Source: a virus (Duplodnaviria > Caudoviricetes). Taken from it: a stretch of DNA of 58,571 bases. This document shows, in pieces, positions 19,078 through 29,294 of the stretch. Within the stretch, counting starts at the first letter, position 1. Every line of letters begins with the position of its first letter. The stretch spans positions 1 through 58,571 of the IMG/VR virus record IMGVR_UViG_3300036886_000519. The stretch is one strand, 5' to 3'. Under the pieces are notes generated by a model that was not told the origin of the DNA, did no database searches, and saw only the letters and a list, made by a program, of their open reading frames with translations. The position numbers and the translations under genes were made by a program.

Positions 19078-19785
19078 CTATGCGGATGCGGTCGTGTAGA
19101 GCACCCAAACCTCGATCACGCCGGCGGTCAGCGGGCCGGTCGCGATCGTGACATTGATCTTCCCAGCAGCCGTCATTTTGAACGGCGTCGCTTGGCACGT
19201 CGGAACGATCACCGCATCAAGGCTCGGCTTGGCCGTCGCCGTCAGGATGGAGTTGGCCGCGGAACCCGCAGCGGTGCCGATGGCCACAGTGGCCGACCCG
19301 CTCGCCGTGCATGCCGCGGTGGCGTTGACGACACCACCGAACACTACCGCGTTGTCCGGGATGGTGTCGCTGTTGGCCGGAGTGCAGGTGGCGCCGCCGT
19401 CCACGGAATAGTCATAGATCGCATGCGCGACCTTGATGCCGTGCGCCTGCCCTGAGAAGCCGGGCACGCCAAACAGGTTGACCCGCACAACGGCGACGCC
19501 CGTCGCGGCGGCCACCTCAACCGCTCCGATCAGCAGGTTGCTGCCGACGGTGGAGGTTACCCTCTTCGCCGAGTCGTCCCAGTAGGCCAAATCGCCCTGC
19601 GCAAAGGTGCTGCTGTCCTTGGCGAGGTCGTAGACACCCTCGACGTCGCACTCGACATCGGCGCCCGAGAGCGTGTCGTTGGCGGCCACACCGAAGACGT
19701 TGCCCACCTTGAAGCCGCCCCCGGACAGCACGTCGTAGGGCGCAGCTAGGGTGAGATTATCACCGCTTTTTACGAAATTCGTCAT
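19078..19785 (-). CDS. DUF2190 capsid cement/decoration protein with extra C-terminal domain
   Basis: MTNFVKSGDNLTLAAP...GVYDLAK...GDLAYWD...VRVNL; ~125 extra residues; AAGGAG RBS. Confidence 0.8.
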   Translation of the reverse strand: MTNFVKSGDNLTLAAPYDVLSGGGFKVGNVFGVAANDTLSGADVECDVEGVYDLAKDSSTFAQGDLAYWDDSAKRVTSTVGSNLLIGAVEVAAATGVAVVRVNLFGVPGFSGQAHGIKVAHAIYDYSVDGGATCTPANSDTIPDNAVVFGGVVNATAACTASGSATVAIGTAAGSAANSILTATAKPSLDAVIVPTCQATPFKMTAAGKINVTIATGPLTAGVIEVWVLYTTASA

Positions 19786-19831
19786 GATTCCTTTCTCCTT
19801 TTTGTTTGCTCGGAATGTTGACTCAGCCGCC

Positions 19832-21901
19832 CTACGCCGCGGTGTTCTTCTGCAAGCCGCGATGGTCGATCGCCGCCGCCGCAAAATCCAGGCGAGCCTT
19901 GATCTCGACCCCGTCCACCTCGAAGCCCTGCCGGGTCTCGATGTAGACACCCTGCTGCCCCTCGAGATAGCAGTACTCGATCGTGTCAATCGTGCTCGGG
20001 TCGGCCGCCGTGTACCAGTTGGTGTCGCCGTAGGTGGCGACCGCGTCCAATCGCGGTTCCACGATCGGCACCATGGTGCGCACGAAGGCGGGCACATCGG
20101 CGGAAGATGCGGTTGCCGCCAAGTTGATGGGATTGGTGATCTGGACAGCAATGCCTTCGAGCGCCGCCGGGATGATCAGGAACTTGGGAATCAGGTTCAG
20201 GATCGTGCCCTTGGGCGCAGTCTGCTTGCGCATCGCTTTGCGCGCCGCGGTGATGTTGGCCACGGCCGCGAGAGCATTGGTGGCGGTCAGGTTCTTGTGC
20301 GTTGCGTGGAACAGAGGCACGCCATCGGCCATGTTGGCGTTCGCCGTGATCACAGCCCACACGGTGTCGCTCTCGAGCGTGGCGGCCGCGATGCCCAAAC
20401 CGGCAGGAATCCGTGTCAACGCCTGGAGGTCGTCGTTGAGGACCACCTTCCTGGTGATCGGTACAATCCCGCCCCAGGTCGTGAGCGCGTAGGACTCCTT
20501 GGAATCGCTCAGATAGATGCGAACGAACTCACCGTTTTCGTTGGTCTTCTGCAAAGCCGCGATGTCGCTCAACTGGATGCGATTCACCGGCTTGAAGTCG
20601 GCGGCCGTGACCTGCCGGCAAAACGGCACGAAGGTGCGGGGCGCCGCCTCATACGCCTGGCGCAGGGTCTTGTTGGCGACGTTTGCCAGGATGCTGGGGA
20701 AGTCGCTGGTGGTCATGGAGCCTTGGAAATACTCGGAGGCCCCATGCCGGCCCTGGAGCGCAACACGAGCGATCTCGTGCCGGTCCATTCCGCGAGTCTT
20801 CACGCCGGCGGCATTCAGGCATTCGCGTGCCATGTCCACCAGCGTGAGCCCGGCAAATTCGCGGCCCTTGTCGACCATCTCGCGAGACGCGCGAGGGCTG
20901 CCCCTCAGGAGCAACGCGGCCTCCATCCCTTCGCGCCGCTTGTCCGCCTCGTCTTTGCCGCCGAAGTGGGGCGGGTTAATCTGCACGGTGGGATGCTTCT
21001 GGAACTCGGCATCGAGCTTCGTCATGATGCGCTCACGAGCGGTGTCGACGGACACGCCCTCGTCAATGAGCGCTGCGAGGAAGCTCTCCTCCACCTTGAA
21101 TGGGCCGGTCGCGATCGCGCGAATCGTGCTCGCGCGCAACCGCTCCGCCTTCACCGCCTCGTCGCGCGCGGCGGCGAGGAGTATTTCGTTCTGACGGGCC
21201 TCAACGCCCGCATCCTGCGTGGTCGTTTCCATGCCAGGTTTCTCCTTTGTGTGGGCTGATGCCCGTTGCTGTTCAACTACACTCGGTTGTGCCGGTAGCG
21301 TTCCCGCCGCCGACATGAAAGTTGTGTCCGCGTCGGCGGCCACTGATACGAGAGAGATTTCGAACGGTTCCCAATCTGTCGCGGTGAATTCTTTGCGCTC
21401 CTGGCCCTTCGGTGTGGTGTCGACTTTCTTGTAGATCCACATGCCGGGGCTGAGGTTCTGAATGATGCCGCCCTTGACGTCGTTCCAGATCGGCGTTACC
21501 GCATCGCGTTTGCTGAACTGGATCGTTGCCAGCCCGGTGGACTTCTTGGCCCATGCCTTGCGCACGACGCCGAGTTGGCTCTCCACCCCGTATGCGCTGT
21601 GCGAGTCCAGCACGGGACCGCCGTTGTTCAGGCGATCCATGCGGCAGCCTTTCATGTCAAGGATGAGGTCGTATTGCTCGCCAGTGCGCCAGTCGAACCG
21701 GGGCACCTTGGCACCCGTGTACCAGACCGCGTCGATGGTTCGGGCGTCATCATTGGCCGATGGCGGAGCGAAGGTCGCCGCCACTGTGAAGCGCTCGATT
21801 TGGACTTCCGGGCTTTCCTGTTGGCTCTCGGGCTGCGCCGCCGCAGCGATGACCTCCACCGGCGCAGTCTCCAGCGCGGTCCCCGTGATTTCTTCGGGCA
21901 T
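19832..21901 (-). CDS. Prohead protease / major capsid protein fusion
   Basis: PVLDSH, WEPFEISLV protease motifs; TTSDFPSIL, DFK, NDDLQAL, IEYCYLEG capsid motifs; GGAGGAG RBS. Confidence 0.92.
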   Translation of the reverse strand: MPEEITGTALETAPVEVIAAAAQPESQQESPEVQIERFTVAATFAPPSANDDARTIDAVWYTGAKVPRFDWRTGEQYDLILDMKGCRMDRLNNGGPVLDSHSAYGVESQLGVVRKAWAKKSTGLATIQFSKRDAVTPIWNDVKGGIIQNLSPGMWIYKKVDTTPKGQERKEFTATDWEPFEISLVSVAADADTTFMSAAGTLPAQPSVVEQQRASAHTKEKPGMETTTQDAGVEARQNEILLAAARDEAVKAERLRASTIRAIATGPFKVEESFLAALIDEGVSVDTARERIMTKLDAEFQKHPTVQINPPHFGGKDEADKRREGMEAALLLRGSPRASREMVDKGREFAGLTLVDMARECLNAAGVKTRGMDRHEIARVALQGRHGASEYFQGSMTTSDFPSILANVANKTLRQAYEAAPRTFVPFCRQVTAADFKPVNRIQLSDIAALQKTNENGEFVRIYLSDSKESYALTTWGGIVPITRKVVLNDDLQALTRIPAGLGIAAATLESDTVWAVITANANMADGVPLFHATHKNLTATNALAAVANITAARKAMRKQTAPKGTILNLIPKFLIIPAALEGIAVQITNPINLAATASSADVPAFVRTMVPIVEPRLDAVATYGDTNWYTAADPSTIDTIEYCYLEGQQGVYIETRQGFEVDGVEIKARLDFAAAAIDHRGLQKNTAA

Positions 21902-21928
21902 AAAGGACTCCTCCATGTAGCTGTTGAT

Positions 21929-23497
21929 TTACGACCTGTAGCTTCTCGTTGGCGAATCCCACTGCCTGGCTGAATGTTTCACCGTGCCGGTCTGCTGTGG
22001 TTTCGCGGGTGGCGCCGGCGTCGTCTCACCGCCGACGGTCTGCTGCTCGACGCCCTTGTCGTTCACTTTGCGCGGATCGCAATCCAGGATGATCTGCAAT
22101 TCATCGAGCAGATCGTTCATCCGCTTGATTTCCTGCAACTGCTTCTCAGGGTCGTAGCCGTTCTGCGCGATAGCCTCGGACAACGTCAACGTGCCAGTGC
22201 GGATGCGCTTCAACTCGGCCATGGCATCCTTCAGCGGATCCACAGACTCGAACTTGGGCGCCGTCCATTGCACGCCATAGTTCGCCTCGGGAATCTTGCC
22301 GATGAACACCAAGGTGTCAATAAACCTTCGCCACGTCGGCCGGCAGTACATCGGGATCAGCGTCAACCACCGAAACGCCTCGATGGCGTTACGGAACCCA
22401 AGCATGCCCGCGCGATAGGAGGAGTAGTTGACGTTGGACAGATCCCCGGATAGCAACTCATAGGGAACGTCGATGCCGGCTCCGATCCCCTGGAGCTCGG
22501 TCATCAGGTAGTCGCGGTACCCGCCAGCCGGCGACGGCGCGTTGAACTTGATGTCCTCGCCCGGCTTCAAATACTCGATCATGCCGGGATACATCCGCTC
22601 GAGCGTGTTGCCGGTTTTCGGGTCCGTGGACTTCGCGCCGATGGGCAGACCGCCCGCACCCTCGGGCCGCGTGACGATGCCAGCCAGGCACGCCTCAGTC
22701 TTCTTCCGCATGCGCTCAGCGTCGCGGTAATCGTCGAGGTCCCGCATCGCCAGCATGACGGGCGCTAGCCAGGGCACGCCGCGCACTTGGCCGGGCCGCA
22801 AGATGCAGTAGGTGTGCATCACTTGGGCGGCTGGCACCGGTTGGCTCAGAATTCCACCGCGCGGATTCAGCATGAAGACGCCGCCCGGGTGATAGTTATA
22901 CAGCCAGTAATACTCGCGCTGTCCGAAGAGGTTGAATTGAACGCCCTGGACGATGTGTCCTGTGGCGATACCCATCGTCCTGGAGACATCCAGGAAGTCC
23001 CCCTCCAGCACCTGCAACTGGAGTGGCACACGGAAATTGTCCTGCGGCAGCCGCGGCCGGAACCGGACGATACCGTCACCGCTTTCGGCGGTGGTCCTCA
23101 CGATGAGCGCCTGCATCCCATAGAAGTCCAACTGCCCGCCCGGGTCGCAGTTCTCAGCGAAGTAGAGCCACTCAGCATCGATGATCTTGTCGAGCGCCGG
23201 CGTCCCCGTCTTCGCCTGGGGCACGATCCCGGTTCCCACTGTGTTCCCGACCAGTTCGGCGATGGCCTTGCTCGCGTACGGGTTGTTGCGCAGCAGATCG
23301 CGCGACCGGTTGCGCAGGTTGATCAAGGAGGCGCCTACCTCGGTGTTCGCGTCGCCGCCCGCCGCGGACCATCCGTCCGTACGACGCCCCGACTTCGCAC
23401 CGTCATACGCGAACATCTCGGTCGCCGAGCGAAACCGCGCGCGCCGATATGCCCGCTCGGGCGAGAAGTATCCGATCACTTTGTCGAGGGCGCTCAT
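21929..23497 (-). CDS. Portal protein, lambda family
   Basis: LRNRSRDLLRNN, RPGQVRGVPW, GDLSNVNYSSYRAG, VDPLKD motifs. Confidence 0.95.
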   Translation of the reverse strand: MSALDKVIGYFSPERAYRRARFRSATEMFAYDGAKSGRRTDGWSAAGGDANTEVGASLINLRNRSRDLLRNNPYASKAIAELVGNTVGTGIVPQAKTGTPALDKIIDAEWLYFAENCDPGGQLDFYGMQALIVRTTAESGDGIVRFRPRLPQDNFRVPLQLQVLEGDFLDVSRTMGIATGHIVQGVQFNLFGQREYYWLYNYHPGGVFMLNPRGGILSQPVPAAQVMHTYCILRPGQVRGVPWLAPVMLAMRDLDDYRDAERMRKKTEACLAGIVTRPEGAGGLPIGAKSTDPKTGNTLERMYPGMIEYLKPGEDIKFNAPSPAGGYRDYLMTELQGIGAGIDVPYELLSGDLSNVNYSSYRAGMLGFRNAIEAFRWLTLIPMYCRPTWRRFIDTLVFIGKIPEANYGVQWTAPKFESVDPLKDAMAELKRIRTGTLTLSEAIAQNGYDPEKQLQEIKRMNDLLDELQIILDCDPRKVNDKGVEQQTVGGETTPAPPAKPQQTGTVKHSARQWDSPTRSYRS

Positions 23498-23710
23498 TTA
23501 CTCCCTGCTGTGCATGGCCAGGCTGAAAGGCGATGGCGTCGGCCCCGAACCGGTGGCGATCGCTGTGTCGATGTCGGCGAGCGCCTTCCGCATGTCGTCG
23601 ACGCTGTTGTACTCGACCGCGCGGTCGGTGAACTGTACACGGCGCGTACCGCTGAAGATGGCGCGTTGCAGCGTGTCGCGCATCGATTGCAGTTCAGTCA
23701 GTTGAATCAT
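23498..23710 (-). CDS. Head completion protein (gpW-like)
   Basis: SGTRRVQFTDRAVEYNSVDDM; between terminase and portal. Confidence 0.85.
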   Translation of the reverse strand: MIQLTELQSMRDTLQRAIFSGTRRVQFTDRAVEYNSVDDMRKALADIDTAIATGSGPTPSPFSLAMHSRE

Positions 23711-25644
23711 TTGAACCAGTTCCCGCCACCGCCACGCGTGCCCCAAAAGCAGTCGCGCGTGCCCCAATACCCGTCATTGGTTGGCGCCCTCGCTACGTCG
23801 GCCGGAATGCTCCCCTCGAGTTCCGCCCAATCCTCGTCCGAGAAGCGATCGATTCCACAGACCGCCGCAGCCGCGCGGCACAGCACCGCGAGGTCGAGTG
23901 GTTCGTTCCTGATCGACTTGTCAGGTATCCACTCCACCTTGCCGCTCGACCGGATGATCCGCGACTCGGAGCAGAGCCCGCGATAAAAGTCCTGATCCTT
24001 GTAGGCGTAGTGCTGGTACCCAGGCGGGTACGTGCCATCGTCGGGCAGCACTATCCGTAGCCAATCGTAGAACTCCTGCTTGGCCCAGTGCGTGCCAATG
24101 TGCCAGATCCGAACGTTTTGCCGCTTGCGCGCGGCGTCTGTAGGCGACACCGACGCGATCAGTTTCAGAAAGTTCGGCGTGCCCTTGGTCGGCACCACGG
24201 TGCGCGGGGCATAGATCCTGTCGCCTGCCGGGCCGTGAGCCGGCTGCGGATGGCGCGCGGCGAACTCGTACACCATCTGCGGCCGAAATCCGGTGTCGAT
24301 CGTCATGGCCATGATGGGCATGGTCCTGCCCGACTCGCACGGCCAGTCCACCGCCAGCAATGCTTCCAACTCCTGCCAGACTTCCGGCGAGGACGTTTTG
24401 AGCGATTGCCCGGCCTGATCGGGCACCTGGATCACCCGGTAGTCAACCGACCAGGACTCCTTGCCGCGCCCATATGCCTTGATCTCCACCTCGAGCCGGT
24501 CATCCTGGACGTCCACGCCAGCCACAAGCAGCGACGCCTTCGCTGGCACGATCCCGAGGTCGTAGTCCTCGCGCCGCAGATAGACCTTTTCCCAGTCGGG
24601 CGCCGACCCGCGTTCTGTCCAGAGTTCCGCCAGCACGGTGTTGAGGAACGCCTTGAGCGTCTCTGTCGAGCCCTTGGCGACCAGGAACTCCGCGGCGATC
24701 GTTCCCCAGGACCGCTTCGGCGAGATTAACTGCGACACACGGAATCCCGGAATCGGCGACCCAGGGTTCTGCGGACGGTACTCGCCGCGCTCCACCATCC
24801 ACGACTTCTGGTTGTGCGGGATATTCTGATGGCAGTTCTCGCAGAGGTATGCCGCGTTCTCCGGCTCGCCTTCCGGCCACACGACCCCGCCGCCAGTGCC
24901 GTCGCCGAACACCAATATCTGAAAGTGATTGCATAGCGGGCACGGGACGAAGTACTCGCGCTGGTCGCTGGTGTTCCACGCGGCTTGGATCCTGCTCTCC
25001 CCATCGACGGTCGGCGTCGAGCACATGATTACCTTCTTGTTGTGCTCGAACTCTCCGGTGCGCTGCATCGCTAGCGATACGGGATCGCCCTCCGATCCTG
25101 CGCTCAGGGGGTACCTGTCCACCTCGTCCAGCAACAGATACCGAATCGGACGCATGGCCAGGCCGGACGGCGAGATGGCACCGGTGAATGTGATGTGCCC
25201 GGAACCGTTGGCGAACACCTTGTGCATCGCCGTGTTGTTTGAATCGCGCGACTTCACCGCGGCGAGCTTCCCGCGGAGTGCCGGCGAGTGCCGGAACAAC
25301 GGCGCGACGCGATCCTTGGAGAGCGCCTTGGCGTCTTCCGCTCGCGGCTCCACCGCCAGCGTCGGCCCCGGATCTACGTCCGCGATGTAGCCCAGGAAGT
25401 TCACCATCACGGAGGTCTTCAACATCTGTGCAGCGGACATCAACACCACCTGCTTGCACGGATGCGACGGACTCAGGACGTCCATAGGCTCCCGCTGGAA
25501 GGGCCTGGTATGCCACTGGCCCCGTTCCGCCGATCCGGACCCGGTGAGCACCACATTCTCGTCGGCCCACTGCGACACGGAGATATCGCGTGGTGGCAGC
25601 AATGCTTCCGATCCAACCTGGTACATCGAGAATGGTGCAGTCAT
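23707..25644 (-). CDS. Terminase large subunit, GpA family
   Basis: SQWADEN, AQMLKT, LLDEVDRYP, STPT, VPCPLC, GVDVQDDR, NEPLD motifs. Confidence 0.95.
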   Translation of the reverse strand: MTAPFSMYQVGSEALLPPRDISVSQWADENVVLTGSGSAERGQWHTRPFQREPMDVLSPSHPCKQVVLMSAAQMLKTSVMVNFLGYIADVDPGPTLAVEPRAEDAKALSKDRVAPLFRHSPALRGKLAAVKSRDSNNTAMHKVFANGSGHITFTGAISPSGLAMRPIRYLLLDEVDRYPLSAGSEGDPVSLAMQRTGEFEHNKKVIMCSTPTVDGESRIQAAWNTSDQREYFVPCPLCNHFQILVFGDGTGGGVVWPEGEPENAAYLCENCHQNIPHNQKSWMVERGEYRPQNPGSPIPGFRVSQLISPKRSWGTIAAEFLVAKGSTETLKAFLNTVLAELWTERGSAPDWEKVYLRREDYDLGIVPAKASLLVAGVDVQDDRLEVEIKAYGRGKESWSVDYRVIQVPDQAGQSLKTSSPEVWQELEALLAVDWPCESGRTMPIMAMTIDTGFRPQMVYEFAARHPQPAHGPAGDRIYAPRTVVPTKGTPNFLKLIASVSPTDAARKRQNVRIWHIGTHWAKQEFYDWLRIVLPDDGTYPPGYQHYAYKDQDFYRGLCSESRIIRSSGKVEWIPDKSIRNEPLDLAVLCRAAAAVCGIDRFSDEDWAELEGSIPADVARAPTNDGYWGTRDCFWGTRGGGGNWFK

Positions 25645-26201
25645 CAGTAACCGGCGTCCGAGATGGCTTTCGCCATCTTGCGGCGCAGCGCGTTCGTCTC
25701 GCCGGCGAGTATCCGGTGAATCTCTGCTTCACTTTTCGCGGCGGCCACCAGCGGCGCCACGCGATCCGGGTACGCTGACAGCGCATCACCGACGATCGCG
25801 GACCAATGCGCAGCATACTCGCCAGCCTTGGTAGCCTGGATCAACTTCCCGGCGCGCTCCTCATACTCCAACTGCGCCGTCTTTGCCTTGAACGTCTCGC
25901 TTACAGCGCGGGCCCGCAGATATGCAGCGACAGGATCGCTCGATACGTCGGGCTGACTGGGCATGCCCGAACCGCCACGCGCTGTTGTGGGTGGCGCACG
26001 GAGTGGCACCACTTGCGGTCTGGTCGCCTGGTGCAGCGTCTTGCCCGCGAACGTGTTCCTTTCCCATTCCTGGTTCGCCCGCTCCGGATCGATGGTCCCG
26101 TCCGCGTTCGGCGTGATCCGCTTCGTCTTGATCGCCTTCTGGACGGCGCTGAGGGCAACACCGCGCAACCGTGCGTACGCCCGCTGAGAGACTCCAGTCA
26201 T
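25644..26201 (-). CDS. Terminase small subunit (Nu1-like)
   Basis: N-terminal HTH SQRAYARLRGVALSAVQKAI; coiled coil; coupled to GpA. Confidence 0.8.
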   Translation of the reverse strand: MTGVSQRAYARLRGVALSAVQKAIKTKRITPNADGTIDPERANQEWERNTFAGKTLHQATRPQVVPLRAPPTTARGGSGMPSQPDVSSDPVAAYLRARAVSETFKAKTAQLEYEERAGKLIQATKAGEYAAHWSAIVGDALSAYPDRVAPLVAAAKSEAEIHRILAGETNALRRKMAKAISDAGY

Positions 26202-26312
26202 ATGGATACCTGGCGGTCAGCCAATCTCACGACCGCCGTCATTGAATCTTTCTTCCGAAAAGTCGAACTTCGGCCTTGCTTTCCGCCGCCACCGAAGTGA
26301 TGTATGGGTTCG

Positions 26313-26558
26313 ATGCCACGGACCACCAAGACCACCAAGCAAACCGCCGCCGCCTGCTACGCAGAGCGCCACGCCGAGTGCCAGGACCTGCTCAGGCGGA
26401 TCGCGAGCCGCCTGGAGCAACACAAGAAGGAGCAGGCACAGGAGCCCCTCAACTGGGGCTACCCCGGCGACCTCGGCCACATCACGGAAGAACTGGCCTA
26501 CGTCCTTGCCAGCCTCGGCGACCGCAGCGCGGTCGACGCGAAAGGACTGGACTACTAA
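26313..26558 (+). CDS. Hypothetical protein
   Basis: 81 aa, NWGYPGDLGH motif seen in small genes upstream of DUF3489. Confidence 0.65.
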   Translation: MPRTTKTTKQTAAACYAERHAECQDLLRRIASRLEQHKKEQAQEPLNWGYPGDLGHITEELAYVLASLGDRSAVDAKGLDY

Positions 26559-26579
26559 CCAACGACAAGGAGAATCACA

Positions 26580-27128
26580 ATGCCCACATTCACAATCGAC
26601 AACGACAACAACATCACTGCCTTCACTGCCGCCGAGCAGGTTTCGGAAGGCCAAGAGCATTTTGCCACCGAGAAGGAACTCTCCAAACTCTCCGCTGGCT
26701 GGCCCATCGCGCGGTTCGTCGAGGTTTGGAACAGCTTCGCCGGCGTGCCGCCCTTCGGCGACCTGAAGCCGGTCAAGAAGTTCACCGACCGCAAGACGGC
26801 GGCGGCCCGGATCTGGAAGGCCATCCAGGTACTGACGCCAACCCCCGCGCAACAGGCGGCCCCGGTCGCGCCGAAGAAGGCCAAGGCGACCAAGCAGACC
26901 CGCGCAAAGGACGCGACGCCCACGGCGCGTGAGGGCAGCAAGAAGGCCCAGGTACTCGAACTGCTCCGCCGCACCGAAGGCGCCACGCTCGCCGACATCA
27001 TGGCCGCCACCGGCTGGCAGAAGCACAGTGTGCGCGGCTTCATCTCCGGCGCACTCGGCAAGAAGATGGGGCTCAAGGTCGAAAGCATTAAGCGCGAAGA
27101 CGGGCAGCGCGCCTACTCGGTGAAATAG
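26580..27128 (+). CDS. DUF3489 family winged-helix protein
   Basis: REGSKKAQVLELLRRTEGATLADIMAATGWQKHSVRGFISG; AAGGAG RBS. Confidence 0.9.
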   Translation: MPTFTIDNDNNITAFTAAEQVSEGQEHFATEKELSKLSAGWPIARFVEVWNSFAGVPPFGDLKPVKKFTDRKTAAARIWKAIQVLTPTPAQQAAPVAPKKAKATKQTRAKDATPTAREGSKKAQVLELLRRTEGATLADIMAATGWQKHSVRGFISGALGKKMGLKVESIKREDGQRAYSVK

Positions 27129-27138
27129 GAGGCCATCC

Positions 27139-27447
27139 TTGCCACGCCCCGTACAACACGCACGCGAGTATACCCGCCCCGGCGTCGCCTTCCGCATCCA
27201 CCCCGATCGGAAGGACCGCATGGCCGGTGCGATCGGGACGGTTCTGAACAAGACCGTTCGCCCCAAGTCGGACGTCTTCCAGGAACTGCTCCGCCGCCAG
27301 CAGGAAGACGATGCGCTCGACTCTGCCTATTGCTGGCTGTCCGACGCCTTCCCCGGCTTCTACTTCGGTTTCATCGGCCCCGACGAGCAGGGCTGGCTGC
27401 AGTATGGTTGGATTCCGGAGGGCCAGCCCCAGTACGGTTGCGAGTAA
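27139..27447 (+). CDS. Hypothetical protein
   Basis: TTG start after AGGAGG; followed by hairpin. Confidence 0.55.
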   Translation: MPRPVQHAREYTRPGVAFRIHPDRKDRMAGAIGTVLNKTVRPKSDVFQELLRRQQEDDALDSAYCWLSDAFPGFYFGFIGPDEQGWLQYGWIPEGQPQYGCE

Positions 27448-27455
27448 GCCCTCCC

Positions 27456-27484
27456 CCGCCGCCGGCTTCAACCACCGGCGGCGG
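27456..27484. terminator. Hairpin between convergent genes
   Basis: CCGCCGCCGG-N9-CCGGCGGCGG perfect 10-bp stem. Confidence 0.6.
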
Positions 27485-27494
27485 TTGTCGTTCG

Positions 27495-27908
27495 TCAATC
27501 CCCACCGTCGGCGTCCCTGACCCTGGCATCCGCTGCCAATGCGGCTATCTTCTGCAAGACGATCTCCTCACGCAGCAGACCGGCGATGGTCCTCATCCCG
27601 ATGTCCTCGACCAGTCTCGTGATCCGCGACTGCAAGGTGTCATCGCGCAACAGGACGGCGGCGGCCTTGGCACTAACCTCCTCCACCAGCGAGGCGAACT
27701 GCCTCTGGATACCCTCCGAGCGCACGTGACACTCCGAACACCGTACGAAGGTCCCGTTGATTCGCAGGAGGATGCGGTTCTCCAACTCGGCGATTTCCTT
27801 GCGCACCTCCGCCACCAATGCACGGTTTTGCAGGCTGACGTAAGTGGCGATCAGCCCTGAAATCAGCCCGATGATCGGAACCGCAAGCTGCAGCACGTTC
27901 CCGTTCAT
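27495..27908 (-). CDS. Single-TM coiled-coil protein (possible lysis accessory)
   Basis: VLQLAVPIIGLISGLIATYV hydrophobic segment then coiled coil; GGAGG RBS. Confidence 0.55.
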   Translation of the reverse strand: MNGNVLQLAVPIIGLISGLIATYVSLQNRALVAEVRKEIAELENRILLRINGTFVRCSECHVRSEGIQRQFASLVEEVSAKAAAVLLRDDTLQSRITRLVEDIGMRTIAGLLREEIVLQKIAALAADARVRDADGGD

Positions 27909-28048
27909 AATCGCCCCTCCAGGATTCTCAACTCCGCCGACCAGTCCTTCAGCCCCAGGCACAGACCATGCACATCGGGATTGCCTGCCCGCAGCTCGCG
28001 CTCGATCGCCGCTATCTCCCGACGACAGTGATCAATGTCACGCTGCAA
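27905..28048 (-). CDS. Small hypothetical protein
   Basis: 47 aa ORF overlapping both neighbours. Confidence 0.45.
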   Translation of the reverse strand: MQRDIDHCRREIAAIERELRAGNPDVHGLCLGLKDWSAELRILEGRL

Positions 28049-29294
28049 CTGGCTGTCGCTCAGCGCTGATGTCGCCGAAGCTTCTTCCATCGCCATCGAG
28101 CGTCGCCTCCTTGCCGCTGAATTCCTGGAAGCGCCGGCAGATTACGTCGCAGTACTTCGGCTCCAGTTCGATGAGCCGCGCCTGGCGGCCGGCCTTCTCG
28201 CACGCGATCAGCGTGGTTCCAGAGCCGCCAAACGGATCGAGCACCGTGTCACGGCCCTTGCTGCTGTTCCTGATGGCGCGCTCGACCAACTCGACCGGCT
28301 TCATCGTCGGGTGCAGGTCGTTGACGTGCGGTTTCTTGATGAACCACACGTCGCCCTGGTCGCGGGCGCCGCACCAGAAGTGCTGCGTGCCTTCCTTCCA
28401 GCCGTAGAGGATCGGTTCGTATTGGCGCTGGTAGTCGGATCGCCCCATCGTGAAGGTATTCTTCGCCCACACGACAAACGTGGACCAATGGCCACCCGCA
28501 TCGCGGAACGCCTTCTGCAGCGTGTGGATCTCTGACGAGGACATGCAGACGTAGATTGCGCCCTTGGTGACAGCCAGCATGTTCACGCAGGCGTCGCGCA
28601 GAAACTGCTCGAAGTCTTCGCCGAGGTCGTCGTTTTTGATTGGCCGTGCTTTCCCGCGGAGCTTATCCTTCATCGTCGCCCCGTAATTCACGTTGTACGG
28701 TGGATCGCAGAAGACCATGTCGGCCAGGCCGCCGGCCAGCACCTTCTCGACGATTTCCATCTGCGTCGAGTCCCCGCAGAGTAAGCGATGGTCGCCCATG
28801 ATCCACACGTCGCCAGGCACTGTGACCACAGCAACCTGCGTCTCGGGGACAGCGTCTTCGTCGGTCAGACCCTCTGTGGTCTCCTCGTCGCCGGCCAGAA
28901 TCGTTTCCAGTTCCTCTTGGGAGAACCCGATCAGGTCGAGATTGAACCCACTGACCTCGAGGTCCTGCAACTCGATGCGCAGCATCTCCTCGTCCCATCC
29001 AGCGTTGAGCGCGAGCTTGTTATCTGCCAGCACCAGCGCGCGCCGCTGCGCTTCGGTCAGATGGTCGAGGACGATCACAGGTACCTCGGTCATCCCGAGC
29101 TTGCGGGCTGCCAACAGGCGGGCGTGGCCGGCGATAATGATCCCATCGCTGCCGGCCAGGATTGGCGAGGTCCACCCGAACTCGGCGATCGACGCCGCGA
29201 TCTGGGCGACCTGCTCGGCACAATGAGTGCGGGCATTCCGGGCGAAAGGAATCAGTTTCTCGACCGGCCACGTCGCCACCTGTAGGTTCGTCAT
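28038..29294 (-). CDS. ParB-like N-terminal domain + N6/N4 DNA methyltransferase
   Basis: NARTH..IAASIAEFGW..IIAGHARLLAA; DPPY; HPTMKP; DPFGGSGTT. Confidence 0.93.
   Translation of the reverse strand: MTNLQVATWPVEKLIPFARNARTHCAEQVAQIAASIAEFGWTSPILAGSDGIIIAGHARLLAARKLGMTEVPVIVLDHLTEAQRRALVLADNKLALNAGWDEEMLRIELQDLEVSGFNLDLIGFSQEELETILAGDEETTEGLTDEDAVPETQVAVVTVPGDVWIMGDHRLLCGDSTQMEIVEKVLAGGLADMVFCDPPYNVNYGATMKDKLRGKARPIKNDDLGEDFEQFLRDACVNMLAVTKGAIYVCMSSSEIHTLQKAFRDAGGHWSTFVVWAKNTFTMGRSDYQRQYEPILYGWKEGTQHFWCGARDQGDVWFIKKPHVNDLHPTMKPVELVERAIRNSSKGRDTVLDPFGGSGTTLIACEKAGRQARLIELEPKYCDVICRRFQEFSGKEATLDGDGRSFGDISAERQPVAA

Noticed and set aside
25410-25445. Terminase Walker A variant AQMLKT as sign of inactivation
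   Set aside because: Lys-Thr and all other motifs are intact; GpA Walker A is variable
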